From: Selaginella moellendorffii
Taxonomy: Eukaryota > Plantae > Lycopodiophyta
Direction of reading: 5' to 3'
Assembly (NCBI RefSeq): GCF_000143415.4
Contig: NW_003314388.1
Span: 343,361-407,360, forward strand
Length of the DNA: 64,000 nt
This document shows, piece after piece, positions 52,885 to 64,000 of this stretch (its first letter is position 1; each line of letters starts with the position of its first letter). The notes beneath the pieces were generated by a model, which was not told the origin of the DNA, searched no databases, and was given only the letters and a program-made list of their open reading frames with translations. Made by a program: the position numbers and the translations under genes.

Positions 52885-53177
52885 TTTTTGATTTAGTGTT
52901 ATTCAAAAATATATATTAGATTACCACTTAAATGCTGCAATAATTTAGAAAAAATGACATAAATAATGCCTTTTATTTATAGTAATATTTAGAACTATAA
53001 TAAGTTGTCACATAGTGGTCATACGTCCCAAAAGAGCCAATGTTCCATGTGTTTCTATCTAGATAAATTGCTTTAATGAAAAATAAGGCTAAATACCCAT
53101 TAATTTAGAGTGATTTAAAGCTCTAACACAGGTGATGGATACTCAACAAGATAAAAATTATTCTTAATGGAAGGTAG

Positions 53178-53179
<2 letters not shown>

Positions 53180-53209
<30 letters not shown>
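53180..53209. repeat. (TA)n microsatellite
   Basis: Direct read. Confidence 0.9.
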
Positions 53210-53212
<3 letters not shown>

Positions 53213-54489
53213 GTCCAAGTGTACAGCTATAATGCCATATACTAATAATAGTTGTTGGATTGGTTTCAATCTAGACCACTCACTCTTGTATATAAGTTAG
53301 AATTTTTAGGCTAATGGATATATACATTTCTATCTTCTAAATAGCTATTACACTATTGATCATATTACACTAGCAATTACACTAATAATAATATATAACA
53401 TCATAGTTGTATATATAAACTTTATATCATCCCCGCCTTTTGAAAAGTTAGAAGGCAATTAAGGTTCTCTAATTGATGGTTAAAATTTGGAGAAACATAA
53501 GAAGGAGGCATTGAAGGATTTCTAGATGGTGTCAATTTTCATAATCCCTTTATATAAAGTGTTTCATCTATTGTATATGCATAATTTTTGGAGGATCAAC
53601 CTATTAAATATCATGTTAAACTTATGGTCCAAGTTGCTACAATACTCAATACATTCCCTTCCATTGAGTAAAAAGCCCCTTAAATAAATAATATACTATA
53701 AAATTCAGAAAAAAAACTAACACCAAGTTATCCACTTTATACTTTATAGGTGGATGATGAAATTATAGCATTATTTTTGTCCCACTTGTATGCGGCTTAA
53801 GTGTTTAGTAAACTATTAGAACCAGTGAAAGAATGCTTATTAAATACTAATTCTAGGACTTAGCATCAGTAGCTCGTAGCAATTGTAAAGGTAAACTTAA
53901 CAATACAATTGTTGTCTTGTAATCACTCGGTCTTAAAGCATATAAAAATAGGAACACTTCTATGGTTTATGTTAGCAATATTGGATCATGACCATATAAA
54001 AGTTTATATTATACTCTTGTGATGTATGCATACTGAAGAGATAATAAATAACCATCTTAATCTAAATATGGAAAATTTATATACTTCATGATCATCTTTT
54101 TGAAGGTCCGAAGAAGCTATTTAACCAACCTATTAGTCTATAGATAATTAACACTTCTGAAAGTGTGGTGTATCTTTAGTTAAGATGTTAAAACATGAAA
54201 TAACTCAACCATAAATGTAGGATCATTATCTGAGAAAATCTTCTTTAGATAAAATGTTAAAATACCACTCGATTGAGGAAGAAGTATCCAACATCAATCA
54301 CAAATTAGTAAGAGTATTGACTTCCACCCAACAAGTCAAATAGTTAGAAGTAATAATGATGTACTCATTACTAATAGTCAACTATAGAAAATATCCTATC
54401 AAATCAAACATCACTAACCTAAATAAATGGAAAATTACAATTGACTCCACCCATCCTTTTATGTTACAAGGGGGAGTATTACAAGTTTG

Positions 54490-55131
54490 TGTCGCAAATG
54501 TGATTTCGGGTATTGAAAGTTACCTGTCGGTCAGTCCTTATGGACACTCTTTCCTTACTACCATAATGGCAAGAGGTCAGTATTGCTGGTTTCTTTTATC
54601 AGCCCCTCTTGTTCAAGTGTTAGTAAACTGGGCTTAGCACATGTACTTAGTCAAATGAACATAAAGTAGGAACTTCTATGTGTTTCTAGTTGAGCATACT
54701 CAGCTTGGCTCTTAGTTCTTTTTTGCTCTATCTTGCACTAACTTGACAAGAACCCTCACATATTGAGATTAGTCCCTCAATATCGCTAGATGATAGTTTA
54801 CCATGTCTGCCAAACACCTTCGCTATCATGCCCTTTGTGTTGATCCCAAATACTATTTATGGAAAGTGTCCAGATTTGCTCATTTGGCATATCTACGAAA
54901 TGTAGAGATTGGCCAGACCGAGTATGCGCAGTTAGAAACACATAGGAGTTCCTACCTTATGTCCATCTGGCTAAGTACATGTGCTAAGCCTAGTTTACTA
55001 ACACTTGAACAAGAGGGGCTGATAAAGGGAACCAGCAATACCGACCTCCTGCCATCATGGTAGTAAGGAAAAAGTATCTGTAAGGACTGGCCGATAGGTA
55101 ACTTTTGATACCCAAAGTCACATTCATGATA
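54490..55131. mobile_element. Fold-back element made of two inverted family-A LTR 5' ends, TSD GTTTG
   Basis: 54490 to about 54911 is the LTR start in forward orientation; about 54912-55131 is the LTR start reversed; GTTTG at 54485-54489 and 55132-55136. Confidence 0.85.
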
Positions 55132-55229
55132 GTTTGGCACTAAATATAGTTACATATATATTAGATAATATCATAACACATTATTTAGTCAATAGACTCA
55201 ATAACATAATGATGTTATATATGCTAGTT

Positions 55230-55306
55230 TGTAGTGCATGTGGTTTTTACCCTTTATCTTATGGTGATTTACTATAGGATAACGGGTTAAAACCACATGC
55301 ACTACA
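55230..55306. repeat. Palindrome of two inverted family-A LTR 3' ends
   Basis: TGTAGTGCATGTGGTTTT...AAAACCACATGCACTACA centred on the LTR's own TTATCCTATGGT/ACCATAGGATAA-type hairpin. Confidence 0.8.
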
Positions 55307-55998
55307 TTTAAGCTCTATTTCGTTAAAGTGGGATTTATTCAGTAAAATGGGACTAGGTACAAATTTTCAAGTATTTGAAAATGACGTGAAATTATATGTT
55401 TTTTGTCCAGGGGCTAGACATATCTGGGGCATGGTGACTAGCGCGGTGACTTTGTGTCCAGACTGAGTCCATCTGGTTGTATAATAAATCTCATTGTCAA
55501 GGTGAACAAGCCGAATCTGAAGCTAAAGAAGAGTGATGGCATGCGCGCACACGCTATTTGTTTGTTCATTGAGTGTGTGGTGAGCTTTCCAAGATGAACA
55601 TCATTCCTATTAGCCAGACATATAACTTAATGGTGAGAACATTTAGATATTATTCAATGTTATCTTTTTCTAACGAATCTAATTGTGAAGGTGTAGCAAG
55701 AGGCATTGCTAGTCTGGAGAAGTCATTTAACTCATTTGACCCTTAGTGTATTTTCATGAAACTAAATAACATTCATATTATTAAGGAATTTCTCTAGTAC
55801 CTTTTTTTTACGACATAGAGGCTTGCATTTCTTTCAAAGGTGATTTAGTAAAAGGCCTGAGGGCACATGCCATTCTATTTCTCAGACCGGTATTAAGATA
55901 TACTAGTGCAAAGGGCCACATGCCATCACGCCTCCTCTGATTCAGATTCGGATTGTTCACCTTGAAATAAAATACATTAGAAACTTAGTAAAGGAATA

Positions 55999-58900
55999 TT
56001 AATGAATCTCACCTTGAACCCGGGTTATGAATGCTCTTGCTGCATCTCTTGCATGGTCTGGCAAGGTGATGGTGGCACTCTGCTTCCGCATCCAACCATG
56101 CACAACATTATCCACTGATATGCTCATGCTGGGATCCCTTGGATTCAGCACCCATCTCTTTTCTAGGCAATCCTTCGTATATCCGGAACTTGGCTTGAAC
56201 CACTCCACAGTTACATTGAAGGAGTTAGTTTCCGCGTCCTCCTCTGCATCAGTGATGCAGCGCCCCACCCATATCATTTGTTTTTTATTACTGGGTCTGA
56301 CAAGCACGACCATTCCTTTGCAGACCTGTACTGGATTGAATGCTGAATCCGGCTTCTTGTTCCTCGGCCCACAATAGTGATCCTCAACATCGTTATCTGT
56401 CACTGCATTTCCAGAGGACATTGTTTCGGTACTATCTGGTGCTCTGGGTTCTGGCCAAAAGGACTCTTCCAATTCTTCATATACAACCGGCCCATTTTGG
56501 ATAGCAGATATAATCTTCTCCCAGTATTCGAGCAAAGGCTTGCACCTCTTAAAATAGGATTCTCCACCAAACACCAACCCCCTCTTCTAGAAGGCAATAT
56601 GCTGTCTAATCCCGGCCACTATACTTTCCTGGTCTTTGAGTCCATCCGGGTGCATTGGCCGTGGGGAACCCTGAGGAATCATAGGTTCCCCAGTTATGGG
56701 ATCTCTCTTGAAGAGTTCAATGCCGTCCACTGGCAGCCACACTGTGTCCCATTCTCTCATCTTGTACCTCATCACTGGAGCACCGTCACGCATGCTGAAA
56801 TGAAACTGAAGAGGCTTGGAGTGGCCAATCAGCGTTTCGGATCCGTCCCTGATGTAGCCTCTAACAAACCCCTTAAAGTCTGGAACCTTTGTCACAAGTG
56901 CAGCTTCAACAGTGCCTTTGATGCAATTTTGGAATTCATCGTAGAGTTGTGAGAGGGTGAGGACATTGGATCGCCGGAGGGACTCTGCCAGGTGACTGAA
57001 CATGGCATCGACGTCTTCATGAGTGTGCCCAACCATGAGAAAGCCAAGTGTAACCGTTTCAAATATGCCTTTGGCAACAAGCATCGCCAAGTACGCGAAG
57101 ACGTACATGTTTTTGTTCTCACTGCCAGCATTGTCTGTTTGGAGCAGAAGATGGGGTGGAAGGCCACATTGGCTGCAAGAACTTCCTTGAGATTTTGCTT
57201 CGTTTGGATGAGGCTGTGCATTCACCGGGCGACCAGCCTCGTCGGAATGGCATGAGGCCTCACGTGATAACCCTACAATCTGACGGCCAACATATTCACT
57301 GGGATGGCATGGGGCCCCACACGATACTGCAAGCCTTTGCTCCTCCTCCAGCTGAACCCTGTATGGGGTTCGATCGACAAGGGCCTTATGCAAGGGTTGG
57401 CCGTTCAGCTCAGTCTGCGCACTTTGCAGAGACCTTAAGTGTTTTGCTAGGGACGCAATCATCATGTTTGCACCCCCGCCACCCCATAGAGGTACAAAGA
57501 AGTTCCCATAGTTCTGGGCACCATGCCCATGAGCGATTATGCCAAACAGAGACACAGGCAGCTGCATGGATGAAGAGATTGCCTTGGGGGCAGGATTGAG
57601 TCGAGGTAAGCACGTCTTTTTTTGGTCCATTTTGTCGTGGATGATGCAGAGGTAAGAGTCAGGTCTCTCCATGGAGAGAATCCTATTATGATAATATGCA
57701 GTCCTGCAGCTTCTCTGCTCGATGTTGTGGTCGAGCCGCCTTCTAACCAACGTCTCTCGCTCTTGAGCGCTGCAAGAATTCTTCGACAAAGCCATTTTGA
57801 TAGCAGTGCACTCGTCACACTTTAAAAAGCTGGAGTACTTTCCTATACTCACATCCTTGAACCTGTTGCTCCACAATCTACTAAATCTAGATTGGCTCAG
57901 CTTTCTGTAGCCATTACTCTGGAGTTCCCGATTCACATCTTCCAATATGGCCCCTTTGGTATACATGGAAGGGAGAACTCGTTGGGTGTCTCGTGTTCCA
58001 TCTTCCAAGAGGCGGGTTTTATGTGGTTGCTGCTCGCTACATGTGTCGACAAACCTCTTGAAGATTGCCTCTCCATATACAACATGACCCCTGGTTTTGT
58101 GCGTACCGTCATTCCCATGGACTGTCTGTTGAACCCTTTGTTCCTCGAACTCAGTTTTGATTATGTAGAATGTGCTTCGAGGGACTCCATAAATGATTCT
58201 CCATGCCTTCATGCAGACCAAACCCCTCTGGAAGACCATGCCCCCCACCTGATGTTCTGAAGCATCAACAGATGACCGTAATGCCTCATACACAAAATTG
58301 CGAGCTGCCTTCCAGGACAATGTCTTGTATCTTGCTCTCTCCTCTTCAATAGCATCCCAATCAGCATGTTGACAGCACCTCCTCTTGCAACAAGCAACTG
58401 TCGAGACCATTCGAACCTCCATCGCTATTTTCTGCCTTTTCGGTTTGTTGCTCAGATCCCTTTGGCTGCGCTGTATGAAGGTGTACTTTCTTTTCCCATG
58501 AAGAGATGTTCTGTCATCAGTTGTAGTGGTGTTTGATTGTGAATCCTTCACATTCTCAAACACTAAATGCCTCAATTTCCACCGCACAATGCTTCCAATA
58601 GTCAGACTGTTTTCTTCTGTGTCAACAACCTCTAAAATCGCAACTCCAATATCATCCCAGCCCAATTCTTGATTAGCAACCGCATCTCTTGGATCGACAA
58701 CTGTGGCTAAGCCCTCAGCTACCACCTCCCCCTCGGGGTTGTTTAGAAACACCTTTGCCTGAATCCATGTAGCACGGTTCTTAAGATCCACGGAGGGAAC
58801 ATGCGTCGCACTTGTGCTGTCCCCAACATCTGCTTTCTTCTGCAGATTTTTCAAGGCAACAACAACATTTACCCCGACGACCATCTTTCCTCGTTCAATA

Positions 58901-59067
58901 GCGACCACATTCCCATCGAAGACAGTCTCTACTGATACAGCAGCATTGCCTTCCCCAAGCCTTTGACAGTGTATAACAAAGTTCCGATCCATAGACACAA
59001 GGGTCCCTTTTGCAACTCTCTTCCCACCATTCAAAATGTAAACCTTTTCCCCAACCCTGAAGGCCAT
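55999..59067 (-). CDS. DDD-type (Sola-like) transposase, copy 2: 826 aa to TAG, 1022 aa if the in-frame TAG at 56587-56589 is read through
   Basis: Two N-terminal VAxG...LG...V.V repeats (Tnp1/En-Spm-like), CCxxxC, CxxC, HDKMDQ, TDNAGSENKN, GHTHEDVD; the downstream 192-aa ORF is in the same frame. Confidence 0.8.
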
Positions 59068-60353
59068 TCTGAAAGTGCAGAAAAGAAGTTAAGACCATAC
59101 AAAAAATGATGGAGAATGGCCTAAATCATAACATACCAAACAACCTCAATAGCATGAGGCCACATACAAAAATATATACAGTTGCAGCAAGGACAAAGGA
59201 ATATGGCAAAAGGCTAGCAGGGGCCAAAGATGGTATGAGGCCTCATGCCATCTTGATATACACACAGCTGCAGGCAAGTAAAAACATACATGACAATACG
59301 CTAGCCATGAAATTGCAAGGGCCCAAGATGGCATGTGGCCTCATGCCATTTCTAAATGTGGTCCTAAACCATTCCATGGTGAACATACCAGGAAGCACAA
59401 GTGCCGAATATCAAGAGGAAGCGGTAGCCACACCAAAGACAGTGCCGCTCGCAACACCGCAACTACTCGTAGCGCCGCTCGCAACACCGCAACTGCTCGT
59501 AGCGCCGCTCGCACAAACTGCCACTCGCATAAACTGCCGCTCGCAATGGTGCTCGCAATGCCGCAACCGCTTGTAGACGCATAAACCACAGCTCACAACG
59601 CCGCTTACACAAGCAGCGCTCACTGCGCTCAGCGGAACCAAGAACACGGCGGGAATGAGTTCGAGAATTCAAAAATAACACACGCTTGAACGTCACATCA
59701 AATCCTCTGACAAACCAAATCTTATGATTCCTCTGACAAATTTCAAACTGAGTAGCTTCTAGACTTTGCTATCGGAGGTTGAACTTTGTCACATCATGTC
59801 CTTGCCTCGATCCAGCTGTGCCATGTCAGTGATTCGAACTTTGCCATGCCATGTCAGCGATCCGTGCCAAGATTATTCGCCGTGTAAAGGAATAATTATG
59901 CTATGTGTGTACGTCCATTTATGGCAATATAAGGCCACACGCCATTCAAAGAATAATGCTAGTCGAGCATTTTTTGGTGCATTTTTGGGTTCAAAATTGC
60001 ATGAGCCCACACACTATAAAGTTTACCTGTACCAAAAATAGAAACAGCTTTATTTACTTGGGAATTTAAGTGGTTGAGGCATTTTTAAACTTACAAACAC
60101 ATGCCCTACTTACATTCATTTGGTTGCTTAAAATTCAAAAATATTATAAACCTTTCTTTTTGCATTTTCAATGTTTTCAATTATGGTTTTTGATTTTCGT
60201 AGGACCAGCCTAGTAATCTATTTGCATCCCGTCATGTTTATAGCTAGCTTTCGTTTGTCCCCTTCGCTGGCCTGAGATACATCTGCTCGGAATCTGCTTC
60301 TTACAGCATTTGCCAAGAAAGGGCATCTTTCTTCACGCAGCATTTGCCACATG

Positions 60354-60385
60354 TTTAGGGTTAGGGTTTAGGGTTTAGGGTTTAG
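60354..60385 (+). repeat. Internal telomeric tract, copy 2 (one unit shorter)
   Basis: tttaggg ttaggg tttaggg tttaggg tttag. Confidence 0.95.
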
Positions 60386-61627
60386 CAATTCAGTAGCTTG
60401 ATAAACATGCAAATACAGAATTTGATGCAAAATCCTTTGATATGTCACAATGCCCCTAGGACCATAAACACATTTCAATAGAGAGGGTCCTTTCATTTCA
60501 TAACTCCTTACGTAGATCTTGGTGAAACCAGAGTTAGTGAAGTTGGTTTCTTGTGATCCCGCATCTGATTGTGATGTCCCTTTGCAGTGTCGATGGAAAG
60601 GTCAATGCACACCAAACTGTAGAATCTTGGAGCAAAATAACAGTCGGATCTATGGCAAATGCCCCTGAAACATTGTAAGGCTCGTGTGGTCTCATGTGGT
60701 GTCCGATCGAGATGCTTCTTTGCAGGGTCATCAAGAAGGACATTGTATACCATTCTGTAAAATCTAGTTGCGATCTAACGGTTGGATCTCCAGGAAACTC
60801 AAAACAATCTCGCACGTGTCAGAATATTCTAGGAATATACTCCTATGTGCTCCTGAAAATGGCATGCGGCCCCACGCCATTCAAGAGATAACGCCAGATG
60901 ACGCCGAGCATTTTTTGGTGCATTTTTTGGGATCAAAATTGCATGAGCCCACACGCTTGAACGTCACATCAAATCCTCTGACAATTTATTTAGCTGAATA
61001 TCTGGCATTTTTGGAAATACAAGATGCTTTGGAATATCCAATCATGCATGGTATAAATATAGCGAGGGTATTAAATGATATCCCAATCATGATCTTTCTT
61101 TTGGATTTCGCGTGCATGCAGTCCGAGGAATGATGACGTTGCGGATTTCTTTTGGATTTCACGCATGCGCGCGCCGATCCAGAAATTAATGGTGGCGCCC
61201 AAGTCCGAGGAATGATGACGTGGCGGGATTACCAACCGTCGTGACATTTCGCGCGTGTGAGGTTAGGTTTTGCATTTTGCTTCGTACTCGCGCTCGCACA
61301 CTCGCGCTCGCATCGCACTCCCACTCGCGCTCCCACTTCTCTACAGGTTTCTTGTGTGCATTGGCGTCCACTCGCACTTGCATCACACTCGCGCTCGCAT
61401 CGCGCTCGTGTGCATCGGCGTCCACTTCAAGACACACCCAGTTTGTAACTTCGCCGCCAACTCCGCTGCCCACTCCGCCACCCACACGCAGCCCACTTGG
61501 CGTCCCGGGAGATTTCAGCACCACTCTCCAACTGTAAGTGGCAGAGTAGCCTTGCTACTACGATCCGCTGCACACACAGTGCACATTCGCTAGCGAGTCC
61601 GGTTGTCACGCCTCCATTCGGCTTCAA

Positions 61628-64000
61628 ATGGTAAGTCTTTTAGGCCAAGTAGAAAATGGCATGAGGCCACATGCCATTCAGTAGCAACATTGGCATGCAC
61701 CGATTGGGCTCTCGAGTGCAGTCCGGTTATAGATGGCGTGTAGCCTCACGCCATCTTAGGATGCAGCCTCAAGACATCTGATGCAGTGGTGAATGGCGTG
61801 TGGCCTCACGTTATTTCCAGCTACTAGCTTTTCATCTGTCAGCTCTAATTGTTGTGCATTTCTAAACAGGCGAGGAATTGCATTCTTCTTCCAGCCACTG
61901 TCAATGTGGATGCAGAGAAGGGGGAGGAGCTCACCAGTTGGACTTTCGGGATGGAAGGCGAGGATCTGAGGCTGTACAATATAGATGGTGGGAGAAAAGA
62001 ATGCATGGGGATCCTCATCCAAGTGACAGACACTCCATGCAGTTCCATGCAAGAATATGGACTGGCACTTGTGGTAGAGACAGCGTCTGCCTTCAAGATC
62101 CACCTTGCACATCCTAGCGGCTTCCCGGAGGGGGGCAGCGGCTATGAGGAATTCCTAGAGGGAGCTAGGGAGAGGTTGTCCAGGAGGCCCACAATTTCAA
62201 AGACGCTGCGGGTCTATGAAGATCACATGGAATCCACGGACCTCACCTACGGCGATGTTCAAAAACTATATTCCAACATTGAGCCGTTGAGAGTGACTCC
62301 AGTTTGCGAAGCAAAGGGGAAGGGGGTCGATCTGGAAACTACCTCGAAGCAGAAAAGGGTGGTCAAGCTCAAGCCGACGTCTGACTCTCCTGCTCCAAAA
62401 AAGAAGCTACTCAGTGATGCCATTGCCTCGGGTTCGAACACTACACCCACCAAAAAGAAGAGTCGCAAAGAGCAGAAAGAACAAGAAGAGGCAGCAAAAA
62501 TCATCACAGATAATAGTACTTGTTACTATTCCAACAAAGTATATACAATCGACGTGAGCCGTATCGACATCCAAAGCAAATACAACCACAGGCTAGTATC
62601 TGATGAGTGGGNNNNNNNNNNNNNNNNNNNNNNNNNNNNNNNNNNNNNNNNNNNNNNNNNNNNNNNNNNNNNNNNNNNNNNNNNNNNNNNNNNNNNNNNN
62701 NNNNNNNNNNNGAACAATGAAGGGCGAGACGAGGTTTCCAGACTTGATCAATAGGAAGGTGTTGGACGATCAGAACATCCGGTTCTATGCCGTCTCCGGG
62801 CAGCATTCTAGCTTGGCGATGCAAGAGATAGTTGTGGATATTATGGTGGGCGAGGAGGTGAAGAAAGCCTTCAAGACAAGAGTTGTCCGCCTGATAAAAG
62901 GCAACTCGCTCCTCCGATCTATCATATACATCTCCCACGCGCAGAATGTCAAGCAAGAAACGTGCTACAAATCGGGTCTGCACGAGACATTGGCACGAAC
63001 ACGGAAGCTCTGGGTTCAACTGAAGAAGCCACAAAAACCAGGACAAGGACGTGCACTAGCAATTAGCGCCTGGCAGGTAAGCCTCGTTGTATGTGGCATA
63101 GCATGTGGCCTCACGCCATTTCCATTGCAGGAATTCTCAAGTCTTCTCTCGAAAACACTGGGGGTCAATGACACACTCAGCATCCATAACATTCTACTCG
63201 CGACAAAAGTTGTTTTTGACAAATGGGTAGATGTGCTGAGGAGGTACCATGACGGGGAGTTGCCAAACTCAATGGGTGTGGAGGACGGCCAGAAGCCCAA
63301 TGATTTGAAGCTCAACGCCTTGCGTTTCTCGCAGTCTCTAGACGACGACGACCTTCTGACAGTGGCTAATGCTCTTCTACGTGGTGAGGTAGTCTTCAAC
63401 AAGACCAAAATGACTCCCGGCCATATTGTGACATACGAGGACTTGTGCACGACTCTGAGAGCTCGTGCGCTATTGAAGGATTGGATCTTCGAGCAAGTGG
63501 CCGTGGAGAGGGTGAGCATCGACACCACGCAAGAGATGATGGAAGCGCTGGAGTTGTCAAATGAATACATCGACGAGTACGTGAAGGGGGCCCCCAAGTT
63601 CATCGATCTGCTGCGGGATGCCACGAAAAGTAAAGCTGAGAAGTTGGATCAGTATCCAAATTTCATTAAGATTGATGTCGACCGCCGGCTTCAGAAACAG
63701 CTCAACCCCGCAGCAGAGGCCTATCGAGAACCTTACCGGGTATACTTGAATTCGGATGAGGATCAAAGGTGGAGGAGCATCGTTTCCCGCGGAGATGAGC
63801 AGGTCAAGAACATCTTTTGTGTGATGGACTTCACAAACGAGGAGATCACTCATGCAGACGAAGTCAGCTCCATCATTGACTTAATGGTGGGACTTGCGGA
63901 GGTGGAATCTTCAGTCCACTATATGATCTACGACTCCGAATCCTATCATAAGTTCTGGAAGGCCTTGAACGAGGTGAAGGCTCGGTTGAAAGGCAAGGAG
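61628..64000 (+). CDS. Cargo gene, copy 2, partial (assembly gap; truncated by window end)
   Basis: ATG-gtaagt at 61628; exon 2 from 61870; colinear with copy 1. Confidence 0.65.
62612..62711. other. Assembly gap (100 N)
   Basis: N run; the matching copy-1 segment is shorter than 100 nt, so the apparent frame change is an artefact. Confidence 0.95.

Larger units (their letters stand above)
55310..64000. mobile_element. Sola-like TIR transposon, copy 2 (right end outside window)
   Basis: Begins with the same TIR at 55310; near-identical to 31318-40195; left flank ATTT is the predicted TSD. Confidence 0.92.

Noticed and set aside
61849-62754. Premature end of the copy-2 cargo ORF
   Set aside because: Caused by the fixed 100-N gap, not a real frameshift.
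55310-64000. Copy 2 as an assembly or haplotype duplicate of copy 1
   Set aside because: Identity starts exactly at the TIR with unrelated flanks, and the copies differ by many SNPs and indels.

Overview
Eukaryotic, repeat-dominated plant DNA. The 45-57 nt GT-AG introns, TTTAGGG repeats and tRNA-iMet-primed LTR elements suggest a non-seed land plant such as a Selaginella-type lycophyte (inference). Host-like genes are two convergent pseudogenes (CBSX-like and GRDP/DUF1399-like, about 6.7-10.45 kb) and one intact, AT-rich bulb-type lectin ORF (52021-52884). The rest is nested transposons, most delimited by target-site duplications (TSDs) read from the sequence. The main find is a 12.6-kb TIR DNA transposon in two near-identical copies (31318-43915; 55310 to window end) with 24-bp perfect TIRs and a 4-bp TSD. 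It carries (i) a Sola-like DDD transposase with two Tnp1/En-Spm-like N-terminal repeats; (ii) a divergent 11-exon cargo gene of about 1640 aa that appears to fuse a ParB/Srx-like domain, a degenerate beta-class amino-methyltransferase fold and an FCP1/NIF-type HAD phosphatase domain; (iii) about 20 copies of a 22-bp palindrome ATGGCRTG-N6-CAYGCCAT in introns, UTRs and coding linkers; (iv) an internal plant telomere tract. Each gene has one in-frame TAG followed by AAG-A, beyond which the frame continues. Domain assignments are by-eye motif recognition, not database searches.
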